DNA of 62,947 nt, filler included, from Actinomycetota bacterium (GTDB lineage: Bacteria; Actinomycetota; Acidimicrobiia; IMCC26256; VFJJ01): NCBI GenBank assembly GCA_009886115.1. It is 5 parts of 5 records of this genome, joined end to end, with 100 filler letters (N's around TTAATTAATTAA, not from the genome) between each part and the next. Parts side by side here need not be neighbours in the genome. Positions count along the whole stretch, not along the records: positions 15,378 to 22,971 come from VFJJ01000133.1; positions 23,072 to 48,251 come from VFJJ01000044.1; 3 more parts are not named here. One strand, 5' to 3'. Under the pieces are notes generated by a model. The model was not told the DNA's origin and did no database searches. It was given only the letters and a program-made list of their open reading frames with translations. This document shows positions 17,713-28,101 of this stretch, piece by piece; positions within the stretch are counted from its first letter, which is position 1, and each line of letters opens with the position of its first letter. Made by a program: the position numbers and the translations under genes.

Positions 17713-18705
17713 GTGACGGTTGCGGAGTTGCGGTTCGACGGGTTGGTCGCCATCGTCACGGGCGCCGGTGGCGGATTGGGCCGAGCGCACGCGCTGATGC
17801 TGGCCGAGCGGGGCTGTCGGGTGCTGGTGAACGACGTGGGTGTCGAGATCGCCGGCCAGCCGGCCCCCACGGCCTCGTCGGTCGTCGCCGAGATCGCGGC
17901 CGCGGGTGGCGCAGCGGTGGCCGACGACCACGATGTCGTGACCCACGGCGACGCGATCGTCGCCAGAGCCGTCGAGGAGTACGGCCGGCTCGACATCGTC
18001 GTCAACAACGCCGGCGTCGCCAGTGGCGGTCCGATCGGGCCCGACGCACCCGCACGATGGGCGACCACCATCGCCACGACGCTCGCAGGCTCGGTTGCGG
18101 TCACCGGGGCCGCGTGGCCCCACCTGGTGGCCGCGGGCGGCGGGCGGGTGGTGCTCACGGCGTCGCAGGCGATGTTCGGGGCCGGTGGTGGGGCCGGCGC
18201 GTATTCGGCGGCCAAGTCGGCGATGTACGGCCTGGCTCGATCGCTGGCCGACGAGGGTCGACGGTCCGGCATCGCGGTCAACGCCATCATGCCCACGGCG
18301 TGGACCCGTCTCACGCAGCTCCTACCTCCCGGGCCCATCACCGAGTTGCTGGGCGAGCACTTCCCCGTCGAGCCCGTTGCGTCGTTCGTGGTGTGGCTGT
18401 GTCATCGCGACACGCCCGTCAGCGGCGAGACGTTCTCTGTGGGCGGCGGGCGCGCCGGTCGGGTGATGCTGGCCGAGAATCGGGGTGGCCGGATCGACGA
18501 CCTCGACCCGGCGAGCTGGACGGCGCAGCTACGGGAGCTTCTCGACGTCGATCCGGTCGGGCTGGCCCTGCCCCGCTCGATGGTGCACGAGGTCGCCTGG
18601 CAAGCCGCCAACCTCGGCCGGGCCGTCACCTCGGCGTATCGGCCCGGGGGAGCGCTCGCCTGGGATCCTCACGAGCCCGGGGACGACCACCCGGGAGCGG
18701 TCTGA
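17713..18705 (+). CDS. SDR family oxidoreductase
   Basis: TGAGGGLG, NNAG, YSAAK. Confidence 0.9.
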   Translation: MTVAELRFDGLVAIVTGAGGGLGRAHALMLAERGCRVLVNDVGVEIAGQPAPTASSVVAEIAAAGGAAVADDHDVVTHGDAIVARAVEEYGRLDIVVNNAGVASGGPIGPDAPARWATTIATTLAGSVAVTGAAWPHLVAAGGGRVVLTASQAMFGAGGGAGAYSAAKSAMYGLARSLADEGRRSGIAVNAIMPTAWTRLTQLLPPGPITELLGEHFPVEPVASFVVWLCHRDTPVSGETFSVGGGRAGRVMLAENRGGRIDDLDPASWTAQLRELLDVDPVGLALPRSMVHEVAWQAANLGRAVTSAYRPGGALAWDPHEPGDDHPGAV

Positions 18706-20064
18706 CCACACGATCGCCGTGGCGGCGATCGTCAACCCGGCCGACGCCACCCACACGACCGGGAACGTGCCCACGTCGCCGAACGTGACGTCGCCGAGCA
18801 CCGTGACCACGATGGCGACACCCAGCGTGTTCCCGAGCCCTTGCAGGGTCTGGTTGAGCCCGGCTCCGGCCGACATCTCGTCGGGGGCCACCCCGGCCAG
18901 GGCCCAGGCGGTCAACCCGCCCCAGAGCAGCCCCGAGCCCAGTCCGGTGACGACCACGGCGGCGAGCCAACGAGTCGTCGACGGCGTCGCGTCGAGCGCT
19001 AGGGCCATCGACGCCGACCCGGTCGCCCAGAGGATCCCGCCGATACCGATCGTGCGGTGGAACCCGATGCGTTCGCCGAGCCGACCGGCCACGACCGAGG
19101 TGATCGCGGTCACCGCGAAGATCGGGGTGGTGAGCAGGCCCGCCCGCCGGATCGAGAGGTCCCACACCTCGGTGAGGAACACCACGCTGGCGAGGAGGAA
19201 CCCGAAGAAGCTCACCGAGTAGACGAGCAGCGCCGAATTGCCGACGGCGAAGGTGCGCTCGTGGAACAGATCGAGGCGCAGCAGCGGTCGGGGATGGCGC
19301 ATCGACCGTCTGATCACGCCGCCGAGCACGAGCAAGCCGCCGAGCAGAGACGCCAGGGTGCGGGGGTCGGCCCAGCCCCACTCGGGGCTCTGCACCAAGC
19401 CGAGCACGAGCACGCCCAACCCCACCAGGAGTGCACCGGCGCTGAGCCCGTCTGGCATGCGGTTGTTGGCCGAGGGGAGCGTGCTCGGGATGAGCCACGC
19501 TGCGGCCGCGATGGCGATGGCTCCGACGGGCAGGTTCATCCAGAAGGCCCAGCGCCAACTCCCGAGGTCGATGAGCACGCCACCGAGCGACGGCCCCAGC
19601 GCAGCACCCACCGCGCCGATCGCGGCCCAGCACGCCAACGCCGTGGCTCGCCGGGCAAGGGGGAACTGGCTGAAGATGATGGTGGCCCCGGCGGGGGCGC
19701 TGAGCGACGCGCCGAGGGCCTGGCCGACACGGCAGGCCATCAGCACCCCGACGGTCGGTGCGACGGCCGCGCCCATCGACGAGAGGGTGAACACGATCGT
19801 GCCCGTGAGCATGGTCTGCTTGGCTCCGCGGCGTTGCGACACGGCACCGCCCAGCACCACGGTCGCCGCGCCCACGATCGTGAACACGTTCACGACCCAC
19901 GACAGGGTGGCCGGCGACGAGTCGGGGAAGGCCCCCTCCAACTCGGGGAACACGACGAAGATCATCGACAACGTCATGGCGATCTGGAAGTTGCTGAGCC
20001 CCACCACACCGAGCACGGTCCAGGCCCGGCGCATCGTGGCTCGTGCAGCGTCGTCGGTCTCCAT
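18529..20064 (-). CDS. MFS transporter, DHA2 (EmrB/QacA-like) 14-TM type
   Basis: CRVGQALG, LGPSLGG, WRWAFWMNLP motifs; ~14 hydrophobic segments; non-homologous tail overlaps the SDR 3' end. Confidence 0.88.
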   Translation of the reverse strand: METDDAARATMRRAWTVLGVVGLSNFQIAMTLSMIFVVFPELEGAFPDSSPATLSWVVNVFTIVGAATVVLGGAVSQRRGAKQTMLTGTIVFTLSSMGAAVAPTVGVLMACRVGQALGASLSAPAGATIIFSQFPLARRATALACWAAIGAVGAALGPSLGGVLIDLGSWRWAFWMNLPVGAIAIAAAAWLIPSTLPSANNRMPDGLSAGALLVGLGVLVLGLVQSPEWGWADPRTLASLLGGLLVLGGVIRRSMRHPRPLLRLDLFHERTFAVGNSALLVYSVSFFGFLLASVVFLTEVWDLSIRRAGLLTTPIFAVTAITSVVAGRLGERIGFHRTIGIGGILWATGSASMALALDATPSTTRWLAAVVVTGLGSGLLWGGLTAWALAGVAPDEMSAGAGLNQTLQGLGNTLGVAIVVTVLGDVTFGDVGTFPVVWVASAGLTIAATAIVWSDRSRVVVPGLVRIPGERSPGPIRRGDGPAEVGGLPGDLVHHRAGQGQPDRIDVEKLP

Positions 20065-20242
20065 GCGTCCGGGAGACTAACGGCGACCATCTCGTCGGCC
20101 CCCACGGGGTGCGGGCGCGGTGCGACCGGGGACCCGTCAGCGAAGCCTCGTGCGACGTTCGACGGCTGGGGTAGCTTCGTCGAGCAACGCCCCGCCAGGC
20201 TCGCCCCTGACCCGTCCCCTCCGTGAAAGGCGCCGACCGAAG

Positions 20243-20437
20243 ATGAAGGTGATCATCGACCACGTCGCCTGCACGGGCCACGGACGCTGCTACACGTTGG
20301 TCCCGGCGCTGTTCGACTCCGACGACGAGGGTCACAGCGTGCTCCTCGTCGAAGGCGACCTCGCCGAGTCACAGCGTCAGGAAGCGTTGACCGCAGCGGC
20401 GAACTGCCCCGAGCGGGCCATCACCGTCACCGACTGA
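20243..20437 (+). CDS. Ferredoxin ([3Fe-4S] type, likely P450 partner)
   Basis: CTGHGRC (CxxHxxC) ... CPERAI; 64 aa. Confidence 0.9.
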   Translation: MKVIIDHVACTGHGRCYTLVPALFDSDDEGHSVLLVEGDLAESQRQEALTAAANCPERAITVTD

Positions 20438-20496
20438 GAAGCGCGATCCCCGACCCGCCGCCATTCGACCCGCCGTCGTTCGACCCAGGAGCCTGG

Positions 20497-21702
20497 ATGC
20501 TCGCCGAGCTCGATGTGCTCTCAGAGTTCCGGGCCGAGGTCCGGCAGTGGTGCGAGGCCAACGTGGTCCCGGGCTGGCGGGAGGCCCTCGAGGCCTGCTC
20601 CGACGACCAAGCGGTCGCGTTCGAACGAGAGTGGTTCACGACGCTGCACGCAGCCGGATACGCCGCGCCCCACTGGGCGCACGAGTGGGGTGGCTCCGAG
20701 TCGAGCCTGGCCGAGCAGATCGTGCTCTTCCAGGAGCTCTCGCGGGCCGACGCGCCCCGCGCGTCGCTCGCGTTCATCGGCCTGTACCACACCTACGCGA
20801 CGCTCACTCACGCCGGTTCGGCGGAGCAGAAGGCACGCCACCTCCCGGCCATCCTCGACGGAACCGTGTGGTGCCAAGGGTTCTCGGAGCCCGAGGCCGG
20901 ATCCGATCTGGCCGGGTTGCGCACCCGAGCCGTGCGCGACGGCGATGACTTCGTGGTCAACGGGCAGAAGATCTGGTCGAGTGGTGCCGCCCATGCCGAT
21001 TGGTGCCTGCTCCTCGCCCGCACCGATCCCGACGCCCCCAAGCGCAAGGGCATCAGCTACTTCCTCCTCGACATGCGCACGCCCGGTGTCGAGGTGCGAC
21101 CCATCAGGCAGGCCAGCGGCGGCGCCGAGTTCTGCGAGTTGTTCCTGACCGACGTGCGCGTACCGGCCGAGAACCTGGTCGGGGCCGAGAACGACGGCTG
21201 GCGCATCGCCCAGGCCACGCTGTCGGCCGAGCGTGGTCCGACGATCCTCGACCTGGCCGAGCGCCTGCGGACCGGCTTCGAGATGATCGTCGATACGGCC
21301 CGTCGGTCGACGGTGCCGGGAGGCGGCCCGGCGCTCGACGATCCCGAGATCCGCGACCGACTGGTGCGCTGTCACACCGATGTCGAGGTGCTCAACCTGT
21401 TGTGTCTGAAGATGGTCGAGAATCTCCTTCGCCGGGGCGGGGTGGGCCCCGAGGCGTCGATCGTCAAGGTCTGCTACTCGGAGCTGCTGCAGCGACTCAC
21501 CGAGCTGGGGGTCGAGCTCTCGGGCGTCGACGCCCACGTGCTGATCTCGAAGCCCCGGGCCTCGGGATGGATCTCAGGGGAATGGCTGGTCGACCACATC
21601 ACCTCGTGGGAGTGGACGATTGCCGGGGGCACCAACGAGATCCAGCGGAACCTCATCAGCGAGCGTGTGCTCGGGCTGCCGCGCGAACCGGGGATGGACT
21701 GA
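20497..21702 (+). CDS. Acyl-CoA dehydrogenase, first subunit of a heteromeric pair
   Basis: WCQGFSEPEAGSDL, NGQKIWSS, TIAGGTNEIQRN. Confidence 0.92.
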   Translation: MLAELDVLSEFRAEVRQWCEANVVPGWREALEACSDDQAVAFEREWFTTLHAAGYAAPHWAHEWGGSESSLAEQIVLFQELSRADAPRASLAFIGLYHTYATLTHAGSAEQKARHLPAILDGTVWCQGFSEPEAGSDLAGLRTRAVRDGDDFVVNGQKIWSSGAAHADWCLLLARTDPDAPKRKGISYFLLDMRTPGVEVRPIRQASGGAEFCELFLTDVRVPAENLVGAENDGWRIAQATLSAERGPTILDLAERLRTGFEMIVDTARRSTVPGGGPALDDPEIRDRLVRCHTDVEVLNLLCLKMVENLLRRGGVGPEASIVKVCYSELLQRLTELGVELSGVDAHVLISKPRASGWISGEWLVDHITSWEWTIAGGTNEIQRNLISERVLGLPREPGMD

Positions 21703-22937
21703 TGGGCGGCGCAGTGCGGGCAGGCGCGAGTGCGAGCAACGGCGGAGTCGACGGTAACGACGGTAACGACGGTAACGACGGAGTCGACGGAGTCGACGGC
21801 ATCGACGGCATCGACCTCGAGGAGCTGCGGGAGTCGGCCCGGGCCTTTCTCGCCCGCTGGTGCGACACGCAGCGCGTCCGGAGCCGCCTCGAAGAGGCAG
21901 ACGATGTCGACACCGAGCTGTGGCGACGAATGGGCGAGCTGGGCTGGCCGGCGATCGCCGTGCCCGAGGCCTACGACGGTGCCGGCGCCGGGTTCCGGGA
22001 GCTGGCCGTGATCGTGCACGAGCTCGGACGGGCGTTGGCGCCGGCGACCTTCGTCGCCTCGGCGGTGCTCGGGGTGGCGGCGTTGACCGCGGAAGCCGTC
22101 CCCGAAGTCCTCAAGGCCGAATGGCTGCCACGGATGGCGTCGGGCGACGTGGTGGTGGTGGCGCTGGCGCGGCCAGGTTCGAGCCCGTCGGTCGCGTGTC
22201 GGGCCGCTGGTCTGGGTGGCGACGGCGAGGCCGCCGAGGATGGCGGCGTGGTCCTGACCGGGACGATCGGCGTGGTGGCCGAGGCCGCGGCCTCGGTGGC
22301 GATCGTGGTGGAGGCCATCGACGATGCTGGCGAGCACGTGGTGGCCCTGATCGAGACGGCCGATCCGACGGTGACGGTCCGACCGGTGCGGATGGCCGAC
22401 CTGACCCGTCGCTTCGCCACGGTCGAGCTGGCCGGCACCACGGTGGCTGCCAGCCGGGTACTGGCGCGCCGCGCCGATGCCGCGGCGATCGTGGGACGGG
22501 TCTTCGACTGGGGCGCGGCGGCGCTGGCCGCCGACGCGCTCGGTGCGGGCGAGCGGGTGCTCGAGGGGATCGTCGACTACGCCCGTCAGCGGGTGCAGTT
22601 CGGACGGGTGATCGGCTCGTTCCAGGCCTACAAGCACCGCTGCGCCGATCTCCTGATCGCGCTGGAGTCGGCCCGTGTCACCGTCGACGACGCCGCGGTC
22701 CACCTCGCGACCGACGATCCCGCCGCCGCCGCCTCGGTCTCGATGGCGAAGTCGTACACGGGTGACGCCATGGTCACCGTGGCCGGAGAGGGCGTGCAGC
22801 TCCACGGCGGCATCGGCTACACGTGGGAGCACCACAGCCATCTGTTCCTCAAGCGGGCCCTGCTCGACCAGGTGCTCTACGGCGACAGTCGTTGGCACCG
22901 CCGGCGCCTGGCTGCCCTGCGAATCCCGACCGCCTGA
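21702..22937 (+). CDS. Acyl-CoA dehydrogenase, partner subunit of a heteromeric pair
   Basis: RVQFGRVIGSFQAYKH, QLHGGIGYTWEH; TGATG coupling to the upstream ACAD. Confidence 0.9.
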   Translation: MGGAVRAGASASNGGVDGNDGNDGNDGVDGVDGIDGIDLEELRESARAFLARWCDTQRVRSRLEEADDVDTELWRRMGELGWPAIAVPEAYDGAGAGFRELAVIVHELGRALAPATFVASAVLGVAALTAEAVPEVLKAEWLPRMASGDVVVVALARPGSSPSVACRAAGLGGDGEAAEDGGVVLTGTIGVVAEAAASVAIVVEAIDDAGEHVVALIETADPTVTVRPVRMADLTRRFATVELAGTTVAASRVLARRADAAAIVGRVFDWGAAALAADALGAGERVLEGIVDYARQRVQFGRVIGSFQAYKHRCADLLIALESARVTVDDAAVHLATDDPAAAASVSMAKSYTGDAMVTVAGEGVQLHGGIGYTWEHHSHLFLKRALLDQVLYGDSRWHRRRLAALRIPTA

Positions 22938-22971
22938 CCCTCCCGCCCTCCCACCCCCCCACCGCCCCCCC

Positions 22972-23071
22972 NNNNNNNNNNNNNNNNNNNNNNNNNNNNN
23001 NNNNNNNNNNNNNNNTTAATTAATTAANNNNNNNNNNNNNNNNNNNNNNNNNNNNNNNNNNNNNNNNNNNN
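22972..23071. other. Artificial contig spacer
   Basis: N-run + TTAATTAATTAA + N-run. Confidence 0.98.
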
Positions 23072-23073
23072 AG

Positions 23074-24672
23074 TCGGAGTACCTCTCGCATCTGCTCACC
23101 GAGCGCGGCGTCACACACAACGTGCTCAACGCCAAGCAGCACACACGTGAGGCCGAGATCGTCGTGCAGGCGGGCCGCGTCGGCGGCGTCACCGTGGCCA
23201 CCAACATGGCGGGCCGTGGTGTCGACATCCTCCTCGGCGGCAATCCCGAGGGCATGGCCAAGCAGGAGTTGATGCGCCAGGCCGTCCTGCCCGAGGGCGA
23301 GACGGCCGAAGAGTATGCGCAGCGCTACCCGGAGCTCCTGGCCAAGTTCACCTCCGAGTGCAAGGCCGAAGGCGAGACGGTCCGTGAGCTCGGTGGGCTC
23401 TACGTGCTCGGCACCGAGCGCCACGAGAGCCGCCGCATCGACAACCAGCTCCGGGGCCGGTCGGGCCGTCAGGGCGATCCGGGCGAGAGCCGCTTCTACC
23501 TGTCGCTCGAAGACGACCTCATGCGACTCTTCGCCACCGGCGCCATGCAGTGGGTGATGGGCAAGGCCCTGCCCGACGACGTACCGATCGACTCGAAGAT
23601 GGTCACCAAGGCCATCGAACGGGCCCAGGGAACGGTCGAGGACCGCAACTTCGAGATCCGCAAGAACGTCCTCAAGTACGACGAGGTCATGAACCAGCAG
23701 CGCAAGGTGATCTACGCGCTGCGCCAGCAGATCCTCGAGGGACGGTCGTTGCGCGACCAGGCGTTCGAATGGATCCAGGCCGCCATCGACCGGGCCGTGT
23801 CGACGCACTGCAACGACGAGTATCCCGAAGACTGGTCGATCGACGACCTCCTGGCCCAGATCAAGCTGGCCTTCCCCACCAAGGCCACGCTCGAGGAGCT
23901 CAAGGCCATCGAGGACAAGCGGGCGCTGACCAAGCTCCTCGAGACCGACGCCATCGCCCAGTACGAGGCCAAGGAAGAGAGCCTCGGCGCCGAGCGTCTC
24001 CGCGAGATCGAACGCCGCGTGATGCTGTCGATGATCGACCGCTACTGGCGCGAGCACCTCTACGAGATGGACTACCTGCAGGAGGGCATCAACCTGCGGG
24101 CCATGGGCCAGAAGGATCCCCTCACCGAATGGCAGCGCGAGGGCTTCGACATGTTCGAGGCCATGATGGGTCTCATCCAGGACGATTTCGTGCGCTACGT
24201 GTTCCACCTCGAGGTCGTGCAGCAACCCGTCGAGGCTGCGCAGCCCAAGAACCTCACCTACAGCGCGCCCGAGGATCCCGTCACCGGTGCGGCGTCGCTG
24301 CGCCAGGCCGCGGTGGCGGAGGCCGCTGCGAATGCCGGCGCGCCGGCAACCCTTCCCCCCCAGGCCCTGCAGCCTCGTCCGGCAGCTGGGCAGCCCACCC
24401 CGGCCCGCTCGGCGGGAGCTCCGGGGGCTCCGGGGGCGTTCGGCGTGCCCAGTCGGCCGGTGCCCGCGGGGACGGGCGGACCTCCCGGTTCGCGAGCGGC
24501 AGGCGGTCTCCGCCCTGTTGGTCCCGGTCTCCGCCCTGTTGGTCCCGGTCTCCGCCCCGGTCCCAGCCAGCCGCCGGTCGCCCAGCCCGTCCGGGCCGAG
24601 AAGATCCCGGGCCGGAACGAGCCCTGCCACTGCGGCAGCGGCAAGAAGTACAAGATGTGTCACGGCAAGTGA
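23074..24672 (+). CDS. secA: Preprotein translocase SecA (5' truncated by contig edge)
   Basis: VLNAKQH, ATNMAGRG, ERHESRRIDNQLRGRSGRQGDPG, C-terminal SEC-C motif RNEPCHCGSGKKYKMCHG. Confidence 0.97.
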   Translation, partial: SEYLSHLLTERGVTHNVLNAKQHTREAEIVVQAGRVGGVTVATNMAGRGVDILLGGNPEGMAKQELMRQAVLPEGETAEEYAQRYPELLAKFTSECKAEGETVRELGGLYVLGTERHESRRIDNQLRGRSGRQGDPGESRFYLSLEDDLMRLFATGAMQWVMGKALPDDVPIDSKMVTKAIERAQGTVEDRNFEIRKNVLKYDEVMNQQRKVIYALRQQILEGRSLRDQAFEWIQAAIDRAVSTHCNDEYPEDWSIDDLLAQIKLAFPTKATLEELKAIEDKRALTKLLETDAIAQYEAKEESLGAERLREIERRVMLSMIDRYWREHLYEMDYLQEGINLRAMGQKDPLTEWQREGFDMFEAMMGLIQDDFVRYVFHLEVVQQPVEAAQPKNLTYSAPEDPVTGAASLRQAAVAEAAANAGAPATLPPQALQPRPAAGQPTPARSAGAPGAPGAFGVPSRPVPAGTGGPPGSRAAGGLRPVGPGLRPVGPGLRPGPSQPPVAQPVRAEKIPGRNEPCHCGSGKKYKMCHGK

Positions 24673-24687
24673 GCGCCGTCGGCGCGG

Positions 24688-25980
24688 TCACCCGTCGCTG
24701 TCGCTCGCGCTCCAGAGGGAGCTGATCGGACGGGCCCATAGACGGTCTCCGAGCGGGAGCGACTGCGGGCCGAGGTGCAGCAGTGCGCCGATGGTGAACC
24801 GGTCGCCGAGCCGATCGCGGAGGTAGGCGAGGTGCTTGGCGCCGCGAGCGTCCGGCGAGCTCGATGCCTTCACCTCGATCGCCGCGACCCGCCCGGTTCG
24901 GCGGTCCTCGAGCACGATGTCGGCTTCGCGATCCTCACGGTCGCGGTAGTGGTACACGTGAACGCCCGTGCTCGACCAGGACGCCTGTTTGAGCACCTCC
25001 GTGGCGACGAACTGCTCGACCATCGGGCCCAGCAAGCGACTGGTGCTCAGCGCCGAGAGATCTCGTTCGCCGACGCCGTTGAGGTGCGCCGCCAAGCCCG
25101 AGTCGACGAGATGGATCTTCGGTCGGCGTTTGGCTGCTGTGGTGGCACTCGGCGAGAAAGCTTGCAGGAGGTGCACCAGGTTGACCGCTTCCAGGATCGA
25201 GACGTAGTTGGTGACCGTTGCCCGGTCGAGGCCAAGGTCGCGGCCAAGGTCGCGGCTGAGGTCGGCGATGACCAGCTCCGTCCCGATCCTGGCCGCCAGC
25301 GCGCGCAGGAGCCGGCGGAGCTCGTGCTCGTAGCGGACCTCGGCGACCGGGCGCAGCGCTTCTCGGTTGACGACATCGTCGGTGTAGGCATCAAACCAGC
25401 GGGCGCGACTCCGGGGGGTCAGCTGGTGGAGGACGACCTCGGGGAAACCACCTTCGAGGATCCACGTGATGATCTGTTCTCGATTGCCCGCATCGGCAGC
25501 CGAGGCGGTGGCTGCGTGCCAGGCACGGTTGGTGTCGAAGAGCTGATCGAGAAAGTTCTCGCGCCGACCGAGACGCTCGCCGATCAAGAGCGGCCAGAGC
25601 TGCAACCGGCCACCGCGGCCCGCCAGGGTCTCGGTGGTGCCGCGGTGTGCGAGATAGTTGGCCGATCCCGTGAGGATGTACCGGCCCTTGGCGGGATGGG
25701 CATCGACGATCTGCTTGATAGCGAGGAGCAGAGGCTGGCCGGCACGTTGGAACTCGTCGATGACGCTGCCGTGAGGAAGTGCGCGGGCAAAGCCAGCTGG
25801 GTCATCGATTGCCTGGTTGAGGAGGGCGGAGTCATCGAGCGAGAACACGTGGGTGGGTTCGACACCGAGCTGGCTCGACGCGAGGGTCGACTTTCCGACC
25901 TGTCGGGCCCCGCCGATGATGCGCACGCGGAACGTGGCGAGCAGCTCGGCGGCCTCGTCGGTGATAGCTCTGTCCAGCAT
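24688..25980 (-). CDS. AAA_14 ATPase with DUF4143 / PD-(D/E)XK-like C-terminus
   Basis: Walker A GARQVGKST, IDEFQR, ILTGSA, PKIHLVDSGL, YRDREDREADIV...IEVK. Confidence 0.88.
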   Translation of the reverse strand: MLDRAITDEAAELLATFRVRIIGGARQVGKSTLASSQLGVEPTHVFSLDDSALLNQAIDDPAGFARALPHGSVIDEFQRAGQPLLLAIKQIVDAHPAKGRYILTGSANYLAHRGTTETLAGRGGRLQLWPLLIGERLGRRENFLDQLFDTNRAWHAATASAADAGNREQIITWILEGGFPEVVLHQLTPRSRARWFDAYTDDVVNREALRPVAEVRYEHELRRLLRALAARIGTELVIADLSRDLGRDLGLDRATVTNYVSILEAVNLVHLLQAFSPSATTAAKRRPKIHLVDSGLAAHLNGVGERDLSALSTSRLLGPMVEQFVATEVLKQASWSSTGVHVYHYRDREDREADIVLEDRRTGRVAAIEVKASSSPDARGAKHLAYLRDRLGDRFTIGALLHLGPQSLPLGDRLWARPISSLWSASDSDG

Positions 25981-25998
25981 TATGTAGGTACTCAACTA

Positions 25999-26036
25999 TG
26001 CATTTTGTGGGCCTCCTACCCTGCAGTTTGTGGGCC
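25999..26036. promoter_or_regulatory. 15-bp direct repeat upstream of the AAA/DUF4143 gene (putative operator)
   Basis: TGCATTTTGTGGGCC (25999-26013) and TGCAGTTTGTGGGCC (26022-26036), 14/15 identical, 23-bp period, in a locally AT-rich patch. Confidence 0.45.
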
Positions 26037-26135
26037 ATCGACGAGACGGGGCACGGTGGCCGGCCGTCGGGCTGTGGCCCCGCCGCGGCCCCTTTCAGGA
26101 CCAGCCCTGGTTGCTGAGTAGCGTCGGGCACTGCC

Positions 26136-27236
26136 ATGCGTGACTTCTCGGAAGACCTCGTCGAGATCAGGCGCCGCGTCTCCGACGCTGGCGGCTACCT
26201 GCACATCGACGCGGCCCGCGCCCGGAAGGCCGAGCTCGAGGAACGCGCGGGGCGTTCCGACCTCTGGGACGATCCCGACGAGGCCCGGGCCGTCACCAAG
26301 GAGCTCAGCCAGGTGAGCGAGGACGTCGCGCTCGTCGATCGGTTCAACCGCCAACTCGAAGACGTCGAGGTCCTCCACGAGATCGCCCGCGAGGAAGACG
26401 ACGAGAGCCAAGAAGCCGACATCGAGGCCGAGATCGCCACGTTGGCCCGCGAGCTGCACGCGCTCGAGCTCCGAGCCCTGTTCACGGGCGAGTACGACGA
26501 GCGCGATGCCATTTGCCAGTTGAGCTTCGGCGTCGGCGGCACCGACGCCCAGGACTGGACCGACATGCTCTTGCGCATGTACATCCGCTGGGCCGAGCGT
26601 CGCGGGTTCGACGCCGAGATCGACGAGCTGCTGCCCGGACAAGAAGCCGGCGTGTCCACCGCCACCTTCACAGTCAAGGGCCGCTTCGCCTACGGCCTGC
26701 TCAAGGCCGAGCGCGGGGTGCACCGCCTGGTGCGCATCTCGCCCTTCGACGCCAACTCCCGGCGCCAGACGGCGTTCTCGGCGCTCGACGTGATCCCTAC
26801 GCTCGACGAGGCCGAGCAGCCCGAGATCAACGAGAAGGACCTCCGCATCGACACCTATCGGGCGTCGGGCGCCGGGGGTCAGCACGTCAACAAGACATCG
26901 TCAGCGGTGCGGCTGACCCACCTCCCGACCGGCGTGGTCGTGGCCTGTCAGAACGAGCGCAGCCAGCATCAGAACAAGGCCAAGGCCATGCAGATCCTGG
27001 CGGCCAAGCTGTTCGAGCTCGAGCGCGACGAGCGTGAGAAGCAGAAGGCGGCGCTGTCCGGCGAGAAGACCGACGCCGGCTGGGGCCACCAGATCCGCTC
27101 CTACGTGCTGGCGCCCTACCAGCTCGTGAAAGACCTGCGGACCGGCCACGAGACCGGCAACGTGCAAGCCGTCCTCGACGGCGACCTCGACGACTTCATC
27201 GAGTCCTGGCTCCAATGGCGCCGCCGCGAAGGCTGA
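26136..27236 (+). CDS. prfB: Peptide chain release factor 2
   Basis: HRLVRISPF (SPF), GAGGQHVN (GGQ), QIRSYV; continuous frame. Confidence 0.97.
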   Translation: MRDFSEDLVEIRRRVSDAGGYLHIDAARARKAELEERAGRSDLWDDPDEARAVTKELSQVSEDVALVDRFNRQLEDVEVLHEIAREEDDESQEADIEAEIATLARELHALELRALFTGEYDERDAICQLSFGVGGTDAQDWTDMLLRMYIRWAERRGFDAEIDELLPGQEAGVSTATFTVKGRFAYGLLKAERGVHRLVRISPFDANSRRQTAFSALDVIPTLDEAEQPEINEKDLRIDTYRASGAGGQHVNKTSSAVRLTHLPTGVVVACQNERSQHQNKAKAMQILAAKLFELERDEREKQKAALSGEKTDAGWGHQIRSYVLAPYQLVKDLRTGHETGNVQAVLDGDLDDFIESWLQWRRREG

Positions 27237-27405
27237 CGGCCCCCGCCGCGTGAGACGGTCCGGGACCTCCCGGGCGGTCAGGTGGTCGTGCGTTCGATCG
27301 CATGCGATCGATTCCACGACCACTACCCCTCGCCGAGGCCCAGCGGCTGATCCCAGCGCATGACCTGGGGTCGATGGAGGGGCTGGGCTAGCCTTTGGGC
27401 ACTTC

Positions 27406-28092
27406 ATGATCAGGCTCGAGAGCGTCTCCAAGACGTACAAGGGTTCCGTCAGCGCTCTGCGCGACGTGAGCGTCGACATCGCCAAGGGTGAGTTCGTGTT
27501 CCTCGTCGGACCTTCGGGTTCGGGGAAGTCCACGTTCCTTCGGCTGCTCCTGCGCGAGGAGCTTCCCGACGAAGGCCGCATCCTGGTGGCCGGCCGCGAC
27601 GTCAACAAGCTGGCCCACTGGAAGATCCCGTACGTACGCCGCAACATGGGCTGCGTCTTCCAGGACTTCAAGCTGCTGCCCAACAAGAACGTCTACGAGA
27701 ACGTGGCCTTCGCGCTGCAGGTGATCGGCCGTCCCAACCACGTGATCGAGAGCCAGGTTCCGCAGGTGCTCGACCTCGTGGGCCTGGCCAAGAAGAGCGA
27801 CCACAAGCCCGACGAGCTCTCCGGCGGCGAGCAGCAGCGGGTCTCGATCGCCCGAGCGTTCGTGAACCGGCCGTTGATCCTGCTCGCCGACGAGCCCACC
27901 GGGAACCTCGACCCGGCCACCTCGGTCGGCATCATGCGCCTGCTCGATCGCATCAATCGCACGGGCACCACGATCGTGATGGCGACCCACGACGAAGGCA
28001 TCGTGAACGCCATGCGCCGCCGAGTGATCGAGCTCGATCGGGGCGCGGTGATGCGCGACCAGGAGCGTGGCGTCTACGGGATCGGGAGCTGA
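27406..28092 (+). CDS. ftsE: Cell division ATP-binding protein FtsE
   Basis: [24 protein letters not shown]; context prfB-ftsE-ftsX. Confidence 0.93.
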   Translation: MIRLESVSKTYKGSVSALRDVSVDIAKGEFVFLVGPSGSGKSTFLRLLLREELPDEGRILVAGRDVNKLAHWKIPYVRRNMGCVFQDFKLLPNKNVYENVAFALQVIGRPNHVIESQVPQVLDLVGLAKKSDHKPDELSGGEQQRVSIARAFVNRPLILLADEPTGNLDPATSVGIMRLLDRINRTGTTIVMATHDEGIVNAMRRRVIELDRGAVMRDQERGVYGIGS

Positions 28093-28101
28093 GCCCCCGC
28101 C

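Noticed and set aside
22938..22971. C-rich tracts at contig ends (also 48219-48251) as functional G-quadruplexes
   Set aside because: Low-complexity sequence at assembly breaks where base calls are unreliable
26136..27236. prfB lacks the programmed +1 frameshift
   Set aside because: In-frame prfB is normal in Actinomycetota
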